This document shows, piece after piece, positions 13,193 through 25,059 of a stretch of 64,000 bases of DNA (positions within the stretch are counted from its first letter, which is position 1; each line of letters begins with the position of its first letter). The notes below the pieces were generated by a model. That model worked only from the letters and a program-made list of their open reading frames with translations, was not told the origin of the DNA and did no database searches. The DNA is from Takakia lepidozioides (lineage: Eukaryota; Plantae; Bryophyta), in the NCBI GenBank assembly GCA_030704615.1, contig CM060731.1:81716001-81780000 (forward strand). Reading direction: 5' to 3'. The position numbers were made by a program, and so were the translations under genes.

Positions 13193-13250
13193 CAACGACG
13201 CAATGGCGTGAGCGTTGCGCGTGAGCGCGCGAGCGTACGCTCACGCATGA
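13193..13250 (+). repeat. Copy B left TIR (GCGTGAGC-rich)
   Basis: CAACGACGCAATGGCGTGAGCGTTGCGCGTGAGCGCG vs right-end reverse complement CAGGGATGCCTCGGCGTGAGCCTGGTCACGTGAGCGCG. Confidence 0.82.
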
Positions 13251-13812
13251 GTGACGTGGCGTGAGCCTGCACACACGCTGACGTGGCGTGAGCGTCATGT
13301 CAGCATGCTGATGTGGCGATAAATGATGACGTGGCACTGTCCGTCATCTGCCACGTCAACATTAACATGCGCCGCCTATAACCGTGGATGGTCCTATGAC
13401 CGTGGAATTAATGCAGGGAATCTTGCCTAAATAGAATCAAGACGAGCGTTGAGGCCTACAATTGCAGCATCCAACATTGTGCAATTACAAATGATTGTTT
13501 CACTTTTACAATTACGAGGACGAAAAAATATCCTCACAAAGTGTGCGCCATACAGGCTGCCACGGGAAGACCTTCCTCCCTCCTCAAATAACAATGAGAG
13601 TTAGGATCATCTTCAAAAGATGATTGTAGTGCATAGCGACAGCAAGACATGTAGACTTCGAACGGTGCAATGACAAATGTGCACTACCTAAAAGTTGTCA
13701 CTCAGAGCTCACTCCGTAAAGTTGGAGGCCATATCATTGCACCGCCGACGAATTGATGTGAATTACACATTTCAAATCATGGTCGTCCACATATCACATT
13801 GCATAGTTGATG

Positions 13813-15898
13813 CTACCCATGTGTTGTATCCTGCTGCAAAAGAGTATCGACCTCGTTGACACTCATAGTGGCCTGGTGAATGAAGTTGTCACGTTTGGGA
13901 TCGCAAACCATCCTCTTCAAAAATATGAAATACAAATGTTTGCAGGGTATGAATTTACCTCTCTTGCCCAAACTGGTTGATAGCATATTCACAAAATCAG
14001 GACATGTGCAATTGGGGAAATTGGAAACCGTGATGTCGTAGGTCCTGTCATCAACAGCAGATGTGGAAGTGATGATTGTGAATACCCGACCATATCCTGG
14101 ATCGGGTACTTCCGTGGTGCTTCCAACACGAGCTTGGAGGATTCTTGCGGACTCCACTTTGCCAAAGTGTTCAACGGTTGGAGGGAAACGCCGAACCAAC
14201 TTTCCATCTCGTTTGGCTGGCCACAAGTCAGGATTTGCCGGGGGGACCCGGAAGGACGCAGAAGTAGTAGCACATGCATGGAGTTGGGGTTGTCTCGCAA
14301 GGGAAAAACCTGCCTCCTCCAGCATTTCAATCTCCTGAAGGCTCAGATGTGTTCCCACCTTCACGGGCCAAACGGTTGGAGAAGATGGCTTCATCACTAC
14401 GGAAGGACGCACAGTTCCATGCACACATCTGCCACAATCATCTGCGCAGAACCAGAACTTGTGGTTCTTGGCTTCTGGTTGACCATATGGACGCATCAAG
14501 CCCGTGAAAGTCGGAGCAAGAGTTTGGGCACCACCTCTGGATATAGATGAAGTGCACTTCTCGAAATTAGTTGCCCTGATCGCTGTACATTTCACACGAG
14601 ACCCTACACTTGTGCGTTCTATGTGCCAAACGTGGTCGGGGCATGCGGACTCAAGAACAAGTGGCGTTCCCTGGGCATACATGCTCACCGCCCGTGCTAT
14701 CTTGATTGGATCCCCAGATCTGTTTGCAGCACGCAACATCAACTCCCATTTGTCCGGACCCTTGCCACCAACCCCACCTCGTAAGAAATCACGGTATCGG
14801 GTTTGTTGTTGCAAGGCATGTATCAAATCATTTGTTGTTGCCACATACAAATCCCGACCTCGTTTCCCAGACTGCTGCAACCATGCGTTGTGCACAGTTT
14901 CAACCAAATTGCAAGATGGCATGTCCGCCATTTCCTCAATGGACATGTTCTGCAAAGTGGAGAACCACACTTCAGAACAGTGAACAGAAAACAACATAAA
15001 GAAAGCGAGGACACAATAAAATTGAAAGCAAATGTATGAAAAAACAATAAATATAAGCCTCGTACCAATGACATGGCTGTTCCCCACTGTCTATACCGGA
15101 AGTGCCAAAACGCCAGCCAATCTTCCGATGCTCTCATACTCTCAAGTGATGCAGCTCCAGAAGAGAACCACCAGGCACGAATTGTGAGCAAAAAGTGTCC
15201 GCCTCCTTCATTGTTCTAGCATCTTTGTAACCTTTGCACAATTTACGGTGCTGAGTCTGCATCTCTGGTTTGATGTCCGACTTTGTATGTTTTTCCAGAG
15301 ATTGTGTCCAATGGAATAGACATGTACGCTCTCTTCCTGGCATAGGCACTTTTGGGTCGCCCGATCCGAAGACAATACGAACAGCATTGAAATTTGCTTG
15401 AGCACTATCCGCCATGAAACCTGCAAAATTTGGAGATGGCAGCCCATGGCAGCTCATGACACGTATCAGAGAATTCCACATGAGCTTCTGGGATTCCGTA
15501 TCCTCGGATTGCATGTCACAAACTGCAATTGTCATAACTCGTTGGTACACTGGATCGTAGACATGACAAGTCATTGTCGTCCAATCCTTCACTCGTTTCA
15601 CATGATCAAACATAAGAAAACAGTTCTGCAAGTCCCCAGTCTTCTACATCCGCTTCACGAGGCTAACCTCACTGCCCTCCCCAACAGTCGACATTTTGAA
15701 AAGAAAAACTTTGATGGCACCTTGACCTGGGAATACATTGTCCTGGATGTAATCGTACTTGCTCACTCGTTTCAATTCCAAAATGTTGTCTATGTAGCCT
15801 TTGATCCCAGAGCCCATTCTCAAAGCATTGATCTGATGCCGAATGTTAGGTGAACTTAAAGTGGAGAAATGATCCATGACCAGGTCCAATGCTACACC
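13813..15898 (-). pseudogene. Copy B transposase, 3' part (DDE core, Cys4 domain, SWIM); intron 15065-14950
   Basis: MFDHVKR (D1), FMADSAQANF (D2), CLFHW (CxxH), SCNLVETVH (E), SWIM CTCPDF..PCKH; GTACGA..TTGCAG intron; stop at 15644. Confidence 0.9.
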
Positions 15899-16299
15899 CA
15901 CTACAACAGATGAGCGTTTTTATGACTTCACATATGACTATTTTTTCAGTCTTATATGCGTTCATGACTACATCACTCTGTAGTGAAAAAAACCCTGTCA
16001 TAGCCACTAGTCTTTAGGACTGCGTTTTGCAAGTCATATCCATGACTGCTTGAGTGGCACCTGGAATGAGGTTTGCTATTTCATGAGCATGAGCGGCATG
16101 AGCGGCATGAGCGGAGTAGTAAGACAATCGGTTTTCATGAGCAGAAGTACAAATTTCGAAAATAAAAAACAATAAAAAAAACAATAATTTAATGCAATGT
16201 GTCAGGAAAAACAAATATATTATTCGGCCCCTTGAAGGGAAAATTGCAGTTTTGACAGTTGTGCTCATGATATTTCGTCTTCCGCTCATGCCAATTCCC

Positions 16300-16745
16300 A
16301 GCGACGTGTGCAAATATGGCGCCGAATTTCGCGGTAATAGGGTCCGTAACCTGAAAAAACGACGACGTATTTCGCGGTAATAGGTCTCTCTTGTGAAAAA
16401 TGGTGCCGAATTCCGCGGCTATAGATCCCCTCATGACAGGTAATTCGGCGCCATTTTTCCAGTGCATGTTCAGACTTAGCCAGTTTTCGGCGCAAAATAG
16501 GGAAATTCGGCGCCATTTTTCCAGACACTGTACCCGTGCATGTTGGGACTTAGCCAGTTTTCGGCCCAAAAAGAGAAATTCGGCGCCATTTTTCCAGACA
16601 CGGTACCAGTGCATGTTGGGACTTAGCCAGTTTTTGGCCCAAGAAAGAGAAATTCAGCGCTATTTTCCCAGACACAGGTACCAGTGCATGTTGGGACTTA
16701 GCCAGTTTTCGGCCCCAAAAAGAGAAATTCGGCGCCATTTTTCCA
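16300..16745. repeat. Subterminal array of GAAATTCGGCGCCATTTTTCC motifs (~60-75-bp units)
   Basis: Copies near 16441, 16502, 16575, 16649, 16724; same core as the 31-33 kb array. Confidence 0.85.
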
Positions 16746-16901
16746 GAAATGGCCCCACAACTGCTTCTGTTGGATCTCAGTTTGAATGGAATATTGCCTC
16801 ATTCCAGGAGTTTTGGGGTGCATTTCATTACACTGCAAAAAAAAATCTGATACAGCAAAATGCAATTGAAAATATCCATATGGAGGATTCCCTTTGCCCC
16901 A

Positions 16902-19168
16902 TCAATGATTTCTGGAATCCCTAAGGAGGAGTTTGTGCAGCTCGTTCACGCTCAACGCCGGTGCATGAATAAAGTCATCAATAGTCACGTTCATCCTCAA
17001 CCTCTTCAGGTAAATGTAATACAGATGCTTGCACGGATAATACTTCGAACCCTTCTTTGCTTCCATCAACGAGAAGTCCGTACAATTGCAAGTCGGCTCC
17101 ACTCCAATCGTAATTGTGTATACATCGTCGCGTACAGCCGAGCCGGCCGTTGCCATCCGATACACACGCCCAAGGCCGGGTGGGGGTACGTCCACGGAGC
17201 TCTGAATAGTGCAAGCCATCCCAAGAGCATTGGCAATCCGAGTCTCATTCAACTTGTTGGGAGGGTGTCGTCTCTTCACTCTTCCGAATCGCATTGTGGG
17301 ATGTGCAGAATTGTCCAATCCGTCTCTACTGGACCGAGCAGTATGCAATGGCTGGGTCTGAGGAACCGGAAATGCGTGGGCCGGGATGTCTGTGCGTTGC
17401 ACCATTCGAAATCCTGCTGCAGATAGAGCATCCGCCTCATTCTGAGAGAGGCTGCAACCCGGTGCAACAGGCCAGACGCCCGGAGGCTCCGGCATTCCCT
17501 GAATCCCGTACTTGGGCTTGCCAAATACACATGTCATTATGTCGTGCCTACAGAACCAAAATGTCTGCGTTGTGGCGTGAGCAAATGTGGGAGTCAAAAA
17601 TCTACCGCTGAAACAAGGTGCAGGTACAGCACCGTGTGGGTTCCTCCGAATCATCTCACCACAGCGTGCTCTCGTATCCACCCGGATGGCGCAGCACTTC
17701 CCTCGAAATGCCGGCAATGTCCTCGCAATTCTCCACTGTGACTCCGACACTCTTGTCTCCACAATGGGAATGTTGTACTGCTTTACTACGGATGGCTCAT
17801 TATGTTGCCGGGGCACGTGCCCTGTGCTCAAAGGAGATGGCGATCTTGAACGTGCAGGACTTGCGGTGCTCGACGAGACCTCCTCAGGCAACATCACCGG
17901 ACCACGAGGGAGCGTGCGAATATTCTTGTGTCGGAGTCGAGACACATTTCCTGCACAAGCACATGTTGAGGTTACAAGCAAGTTACAAATATGGCTAAGA
18001 ATAATATTCAACGGGACGCGAATTCGTGCAACTCACCTCCCGCATATAGTCGCCGAACTGGAGGAAACGATAATGCCACCATGCTAGCCAACTGACCATT
18101 GCTCCCTCGTCTGATTTCCTTACAGCACCTGACGATGTCCACCAAGCCCGTATACATGCAAACTGTGTCTCTACATCATCCAAGGTGGGAGCGCGCTTCC
18201 ACGCAAGGCACATGGAACGGTGCTCCTCTCTGAAATCTGGCGCCACGAGCCTGGTTGTGTACTGCGAAAGGCTCTGCAGAAAATGGAACCCACAAGATCT
18301 CTCCTTGCCTTCCATGGGAACATTGGGGTCTTGCCCGTACACCCTTCGGATGGCAGCCCAATTTGCTTGTGCGTTGTCCGCCATGAAACCACGGAAATTC
18401 GGAGGGGGCAATCCCGCCTTGGCCATCTGTTCGTTTATTCCCTGCCAAAGAAGCATCTCCGATTGTGTGTCCTCTCCTTTCATCTCACAAATAGCAATTG
18501 TCATTAGCATCCTGCAGTGGGTGTCGTAGACATGTGCACCCATTGTCACCCACTAGTGATTTGTAATTCGCTTGATATGGTCGAACATGACCCAACTGTT
18601 TGACAAGTCCCCACTCGTCATCCTGTCGACCAGTTCGACACCGCTGCCAGGTCCACACGTGGACATTTTGAATACGAAACAACGATCTGCCTCAGTCCCT
18701 TGTCCTGGAAACCTACTTCCATGAATGTAGTCATATCCACATCGTCGCTTCACCTCCAGAATGGAGTGCATATCCGAGCCACGCCCAATTTTCTGTTTGC
18801 ATGAGACAATGTGGTTTCGGACATTCGGTGAACAGACGTGGGACACCGACTCCAGCAATGCCTCCATTTCCTTCTCATCGAGAGGAACTCTATCGGAGCC
18901 GTCTTCCGACATAATTCTGGCCAATGCCATCTTATGGGCGGCTTGGAGCTGTATCTGTTTGGGTTTGGCACCCGGTCTCAACTTAACCTCCTCTTGAACG
19001 AGCTGCTCTGCCTGGTGGGCAGCCTCCCGCGAGTTCCCCCTCGCCAATTTGTGACAATGGGAACCAACGTGTATGCAAGCTCGGGTGAGGTTAGGGAAAC
19101 GGTGCAACACATAGAACTGCTTGGCATTACAAACAGACATGCAGTGTGGTGGTTCTTTGCAATACGCA
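16902..19168 (-). pseudogene. Copy C transposase, 3' part (Zn finger end, DDE, Cys4, SWIM)
   Basis: RACIHVGSHCH; VMFDHIKR; FMADNAQANW; CGFHF; SWIM CNCTDF..PCKH; intron near 18035-17951; stop at 18553. Confidence 0.88.
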
Positions 19169-21345
19169 TGTAGTGTGAATGCAGGGGACAGAACATTACA
19201 TATGTTTACCATTACGACCTACATCACTATGACGGAGTGCCCGTCATCCCAACTGCAGAAAGGATGTATCCCTTCATGTAGGTAATTTCATGAGCGCACT
19301 GAACTTATGCTTTGCCAGGAGAAAATGGCTAAGTCATGACGGTACACATTTTCATCCATGCGATGAACGTTTTCATCACTGGTTCTTGACCTAAAAGATC
19401 GCGGGTTGAGAAAAACGAAGAGGAAGATGACGGATGGCTCGTAGCGGCTGTTGCAAGCAGTGGTGTCGGCAGGGCAGCCTGTGTTAGGAGGTTGTACCTG
19501 CGCGGTGGGATCTTGCTTGGCTTAGGAAGCGGCATTAAGACGCCTCTGCTTGGTATTCTGTGTAGAAAGAAGCGGTGCCGCCTCTCTCGTAGTGATGATC
19601 AATTCCAAGAGATAGAAGCATGTAAGGAAAGCGGCGCACCACCACTGCCGCCAGTGCCTTGAAGATGATAGTTATGGGCAGATGAGCAAGCAAGGAAAAG
19701 GCCAGCTGCTGAAAGCACAGGGAAGAGAGTCTGGGCACAATCAATGGGGGGAGGTAAAGCATGTGGAGTTCTGGCTGTATGGTATCTCAGGTTCTCTGTC
19801 ATTAAGCTTCTAGCTGCTTTGTGTCTCCTTGTTATAGGACCAGGCCAATTCGAGAGGAAGAATTGCATAGCGTAATCTGGTTGTCAGGCCACAGGATGGT
19901 CCAAGTGAAGAAGGGGAGCCATCATGGCGTCATAAGGTCTGGAATCAAGACAAAGAGAAAGGGTTGAAGTGGCTGCTGACGGGCGATGGCAAGGTGCCAC
20001 CTTGACAGGCAGACCCGCCGCTTCACTAGTGGATAAAAACAGATAAGTCGATGAACAGAGGCTTCTTTTTGCCAGGACTTAGAAATTGCTTTGGTAGATT
20101 TAGGACTGCCATCTTGGCAGAAGAGAAAAGGTAGAGACATGTGACAAGAAAAAGTTTTTGAAATGGGAATGGAGACTCTGGACTTCAGACCAGAACGTGG
20201 AAAGGATGGATGCACCTGATGTTGTGATGACAGTGAGAGAAATAAGTGAAGAGAGAGAGAGAAAGAGAGAGCCTGTTCGTCACTGAATTCAGAATGGTCA
20301 CTGTTGTCTTCATTCTTGCATTTTGATTCAGTGTCATAAACCTGGACACCATGCTGCCGTGTGTAGTGATAACCTGGAACCAATGTAGATCTGGCTTGTT
20401 TGTTTGGAGAGATCAATGATGGTTAGCTGGAGTTGCAAAAAAACATGGAAAGGATAAGGTGATTTCACTATGGGATCAGGATCTGAACAACTGCGTTCCA
20501 CAGTTGAAGGGAAAAGAGGGATGTTGGGGTATTTGGGTTGAAGTCTGACAAAAGAGATGAGAGCTGTTTGAGCGATGGGTCATTGGAAAAAGGGACAAGA
20601 GAGAGAGAAAGAGAGAGAGACTGATGGATGGGATGGTTGTGTCTTGAGAGACCGAGGATGACTTCAAGGCTGGCCGCACTGGATGCCTAGCAGCGTGTGC
20701 ATTCACATTACATGACAGATCTGCTGCTGTGAAATAGTGGGGAACCTGGGGACATAGACAGAGATAGTGAAACAGACAAAAAGGGAAAAGAAAGAGAGAG
20801 AGTGAAAAATGGGATTTGGGTAAGGAGAGAGCTGCAATTCAAAAGGGCTGTTGGGGGGGGGGTTTGGCCAATTTGGGGAGATGAGATGAAGAAAACCTGA
20901 AAGAAACCAGTGCCCCTGCAGACCATGAAGATCTGAGCTGCCTCCTCCTAAATCTGTGTCACCACTACAAAAAGGGGATTTCCGACCTGTCACTGCTCAA
21001 GTGGGCTTCACATAAAGGATCGTGTTTACCGCTGCCATTGGGCTGATTTGCATCACTGAATACATCGCACCAGCATAGCTGGTGCTGTACCTGCTGATAG
21101 GGGATGTTGTGTAAAAGGTAGAACCAAGAGTGAACAACAAATTGACTCCCCATCCATGTCTTCCCTTCCGCTGCGGCGTGGATGAGGATTGCTTGAACTC
21201 TGATCACGGAGGAGCTGAGGGAAACCCACAGCCAAGTGACGACAGTTGGACAGATTAGAAAGAACGCTTCTTTCCTCTTGCTCCGCAATCAATGGAGGGG
21301 AGCACAATTAGAATTATACAGAAGGGGATTCACGCCCCTTCTTTT
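19169..21345 (+). repeat. G2 5' LTR
   Basis: Starts TGTAGTGTGAA; matches 27905-30086 apart from a few substitutions and homopolymer indels. Confidence 0.94.
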
Positions 21346-21356
21346 GGTATCAGAGC
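21345..21356 (+). promoter_or_regulatory. G2 primer binding site (tRNA-iMet)
   Basis: TGGTATCAGAGC. Confidence 0.92.
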
Positions 21357-21403
21357 TACGTTGTTAAATCTTGATTTCTACTAGCTAGGGATCTTGACTG
21401 GTA

Positions 21404-21727
21404 TTGGATGGTTTGATGGCAGGAAGAGACCACACACTGATTCCTGATGAACCAAGCATTGGAGATGTGCTGATTTGCTTCAGCAGACGCACACCAAATG
21501 CACACGCAGACCCTTGTTTGTACTTCTTCAACCCTGCTTGGAGAATAGCGAATGGTGATTTATGTCTTAGAGTAATACATACTGGTGGAAGAACAACCAT
21601 AGCACTTTGGATAAGAGAGTTAGGAAGGTGGGTGAAGATAAATACCATGGCACGAGAGGTGACATGGGGAGGTAGAGTAGAGATGTTGCGAAATGGACAG
21701 TGGGAGTGGTATAGAGGTCAACATTAA
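21404..21727 (+). CDS. Possible extra 107-aa ORF upstream of G2 gag, function unknown
   Basis: ATG-initiated Trp-rich ORF between PBS and gag; no recognisable motif. Confidence 0.35.
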   Translation: MDGLMAGRDHTLIPDEPSIGDVLICFSRRTPNAHADPCLYFFNPAWRIANGDLCLRVIHTGGRTTIALWIRELGRWVKINTMAREVTWGGRVEMLRNGQWEWYRGQH

Positions 21728-21798
21728 GGGAGTTGCGGGAAAATTAGAGTCAGAATTAGGTGTTGAAACAGTTTGAACTTTGACTAGAGAATAGAAGG

Positions 21799-24700
21799 AT
21801 GACCAGTCCAACCAGCATAGATGCGCCTTATCATGGTAGGAATAGTGAGGATGTAAATGACTGGCTGGAGAGGATTCAGATGGAGGCAGATGTCAGGGAT
21901 TTGAATGAGGACAAAACTTTCAAGGTAGCAAGGCTCAACCTGAGAGCCAAGGCTGATGAATGGTACCGTAAACAAAACCCTAGACCAAACAACTGGGTGG
22001 ACTTTAGGGCAGCAATTTCAGCCAAGTTTGGTATCGTTGACTTGGCAGAAATTAGGCTAAGAATGGATACCATTAAACAGGAGAGTAGACAAAGGGTTCA
22101 AACATACTTCGATAGGTTGAACCGGTTATTTATAAGAAGTGGGGCGTCTGATTTGGAACAGAGGCGTAGATTTGCAGCAGGTTTGAGACCAGAAATAGCA
22201 AGAGTAATGCTGGGCAGGCGCTTCCTTGATGTAGAGGAAGCACTTGACACAGCCATTGAGATTGAAAGGGGCCTGGGAAAGTTAGGGGAAATACCTCTAG
22301 AGCCATTGGAAGGAGATGATACAGATGAGTCAGTTGTGTTTGTTAACCCTGTGGACAGAAGACTTGATCAGCTGAACACTACCCTACAGAAGTACTTTGA
22401 TAGGGGACCAGTCATAGGAGAAAGCTCGGGATCTAGAACACCACCTCGTGTTCGCCTTTGTAATGTTTGTCACAAAGAAGGTCACATAGCTGCATATTGT
22501 CCTGAAGGAAGAACCCCAGCTAAGTGTGACAAATGTCACCGGTTCGGGCATTCCACGGAAATGTGTGGTGTGAGATGCAACTTTTGCAAGCTACTCGGGC
22601 ATACGGAGAGTGAGTGCGGTAGAAAACTCGACCAAACTATGATGGGAACTCCGGGAACTAACTTTGTAGATGTGTTCTATGATGATGAGGATGATGTACT
22701 CGCAGAGATGACAGATCTGATGTCACGAAATAGTATCAATGAAGTCAGACTTCCAAGGACACGCATACCTGTCCAGAGTCCGATTGTTGAACCTACAGGG
22801 TCACCAGAAAGGAATAGTGAGAGCAGTGAACAGCCAAGCAAGACCAAGAGTGAAATCTACCCAAAGAACAATTTCAAGAATGCTATAGAAGGAGGTACGA
22901 AATCCAGAATCTTGAACCACTTCTACAAAGGGAGAATATCGTTGTCACCCATGGACCTGATCATGACTGTGCCCGGAGAGCTAGACAAATTAAAAGGGCT
23001 GGTCAAAGTGGTGGAAAGAGCAATGGTCCAACAAAGGGAGACAACTCACAGTGTAGAAGTTGTGAAGGATGTACCAAGGCCTTTGTACTCAGCACACGCT
23101 GAGCCCACGATCTCGTATGCTTATACAGGTAAGGTTAAAGCGCTTCATGTAATGATTACAATGGGAGATTACCAAGTATTAGGCCAGATTGACACTGGTG
23201 CCATGCTTTCTGTAATATCAGCTAGTACAGTCAGGGATCTTGGTTTGATGGGATCTGTCATTACTAGTAAGGATGTAAATTACAGAGTAGCCTCAGGTGC
23301 TCTTGAGACTGCAATGGGCAGACTTGAGGACATCAAGGTCAAAGTAGGAGAACTGACCAATCGTTTGTCCTTTATGGTGGTGAACACGGATACATATCAC
23401 ATGCTGCTGGGATTAGACTTTCTCAAAAAGTTTGGCGCTGTAGTGGACACCGAAGCTGAAACAATTCGCGTACGCTATGGGCCAGGAAAGGATTTTGCTC
23501 ACTTCCCTTTGCACACCATCAATTATAATGAGCCTGCAGTTACCAAAACAGCCTACCATAGAGGGGTCGAGAGTAGAATGAGATATGCAAGCAGTACGTC
23601 AGCAGGTAATGTCTTAACCCTGACGTCAGATGAACAGTACCTAGGCTTGTGGGAGAAGAAAAGAAAACCAGAGGAAGAATATGAGGACACGGAGGAAGCA
23701 TCCTCAGGTTCTGACACCTCTAAATCTGATAAAGATGAGGAGATGGGAGGCTCTGAGGAGAGTAAGGAGGTAGAAACAGCACTGAGGGATGTTGAGGAAA
23801 TAATAGACGAGGTCAACCTAGGGGAGGACTTGTTCGAGGACCAAGGGATGTCTGAACTCCTTCAGGAAGAGACCCATAAGAGCATGGCTGCTGCCATAAT
23901 ACAGGAAGCTTACCAGAAAGCTTGGAATGGTGAACTAGGGAACAACAACCTAGAAATAGAGGATGACTTCCATGATTGGAATCAGGTTGTCACACAAGAG
24001 GAAGGACAGAGAATGGCTAACTCTGTAAGCCAGGTGGAGAAAAAAAATTGGGAACCCAGTCAAGAGGAAGAAATGGAGAGTCGTTGGAGAAGTCTGAAAT
24101 CCAGACTGCACATCAACCCAGAACTGGCCCCAGAACATAGGATAGAGCTGGAACAAGAGCTGAAAGCAAACCAGGAATGCTTTGCTCTTAGCAAGGCTGA
24201 CTTGGGATACTGCAGTGAGGTGGAACACACAATTGACACACAAGGTTTTCCCCCTTGCAGAAGTCGTCCCAGCCGCCTATCAGAATGGGAGGAAGACGAG
24301 GTCCAAGGACAAATTGAGACTTTGATCTCACAAGGCAAGATGAGAGAGAGTAGCTCAGAATGGTCGTGTCCAGTTACCCTTCCACCAAAAAAGGATGGAT
24401 CCAAGCGGTTTTGTGGTGATTTTAGGCCAGTAAACCGTTTAACCAGAAGGGACTCTTACCCTATGCCATTGATTCAGGATGTTTTAAACCAGTTGGGGAA
24501 AGCCAAGTGGTTTTCTGCGCTGGATTTACAATCTGGTTTTTGGCAGATCAAAATGGACGACCGAGACATAGGCAAAACAGCAGTGATCACAAAGAAGGGA
24601 TTGTATGAATGGCTAGTCATGCCATTCGGGCTAAAAAATGCCACTGCTACCTTTCAGAGAACGATGAATAGGGTTCTCAAGGAAGAAATCAAAGATTGCG

Positions 24701-25059
24701 CTAAAGTTTTTGTAGATGACGTCAATATCCATAGCAAGGACTGGGGAGATCACGTGGGACATATAAAGAGAGTATTGAGCAAGGTTAGAAAGGCCAATCT
24801 TAGGCTCAATCCGGACAAGTGTTACTTTGCCAACTTACAGTTGGTATTCCTTGGGCATGTGATCTCTGAAGAGGGAACGTGGCCTGATCCAGATAAGATA
24901 GCTGCTATTGAAAGGTTTCCCTTGCCAAAAAACCACACTGCTCTCAAAAGCTACTTAGGCATGACAGGGTACTATAGGCCCTATGTCAAAGGATATGCTG
25001 GAGTGGTGCCTATGAGCTTCTTCTCTCAAATCCTCCTTACCCTCCTTAAATTGAAATAA
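21799..25059 (+). CDS. gag-pol: G2 gag-pol (gag, three CCHC knuckles, protease, RT), cut short by an inversion
   Basis: 1086-aa ORF: CNVCHKEGHIAAYC, CDKCHRFGHSTEMC, CNFCKLLGHTESEC; IDTGA; LDLQSGFWQI, MPFGLKNA, FVDD. Confidence 0.95.
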   Translation: MTSPTSIDAPYHGRNSEDVNDWLERIQMEADVRDLNEDKTFKVARLNLRAKADEWYRKQNPRPNNWVDFRAAISAKFGIVDLAEIRLRMDTIKQESRQRVQTYFDRLNRLFIRSGASDLEQRRRFAAGLRPEIARVMLGRRFLDVEEALDTAIEIERGLGKLGEIPLEPLEGDDTDESVVFVNPVDRRLDQLNTTLQKYFDRGPVIGESSGSRTPPRVRLCNVCHKEGHIAAYCPEGRTPAKCDKCHRFGHSTEMCGVRCNFCKLLGHTESECGRKLDQTMMGTPGTNFVDVFYDDEDDVLAEMTDLMSRNSINEVRLPRTRIPVQSPIVEPTGSPERNSESSEQPSKTKSEIYPKNNFKNAIEGGTKSRILNHFYKGRISLSPMDLIMTVPGELDKLKGLVKVVERAMVQQRETTHSVEVVKDVPRPLYSAHAEPTISYAYTGKVKALHVMITMGDYQVLGQIDTGAMLSVISASTVRDLGLMGSVITSKDVNYRVASGALETAMGRLEDIKVKVGELTNRLSFMVVNTDTYHMLLGLDFLKKFGAVVDTEAETIRVRYGPGKDFAHFPLHTINYNEPAVTKTAYHRGVESRMRYASSTSAGNVLTLTSDEQYLGLWEKKRKPEEEYEDTEEASSGSDTSKSDKDEEMGGSEESKEVETALRDVEEIIDEVNLGEDLFEDQGMSELLQEETHKSMAAAIIQEAYQKAWNGELGNNNLEIEDDFHDWNQVVTQEEGQRMANSVSQVEKKNWEPSQEEEMESRWRSLKSRLHINPELAPEHRIELEQELKANQECFALSKADLGYCSEVEHTIDTQGFPPCRSRPSRLSEWEEDEVQGQIETLISQGKMRESSSEWSCPVTLPPKKDGSKRFCGDFRPVNRLTRRDSYPMPLIQDVLNQLGKAKWFSALDLQSGFWQIKMDDRDIGKTAVITKKGLYEWLVMPFGLKNATATFQRTMNRVLKEEIKDCAKVFVDDVNIHSKDWGDHVGHIKRVLSKVRKANLRLNPDKCYFANLQLVFLGHVISEEGTWPDPDKIAAIERFPLPKNHTALKSYLGMTGYYRPYVKGYAGVVPMSFFSQILLTLLKLK

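Noticed and set aside
13813-15898. KDZ/Zisupton assignment because of SWIM and Cys clusters
   Set aside because: The D..D..CxxH..N..E core and 9-bp TSD fit the Mutator superfamily better; a profile search would settle it.
19169-19175. TGTAGTG (reverse CACTACA) as a CACTA end
   Set aside because: It is the start of both G2 LTRs and is flanked by the retroelement TSD.
19329-21307. Short ORFs in G2 LTRs (and ORFs 160-399/6408-6647 in G1 LTRs)
   Set aside because: Duplicated only because the LTRs are; no motifs.
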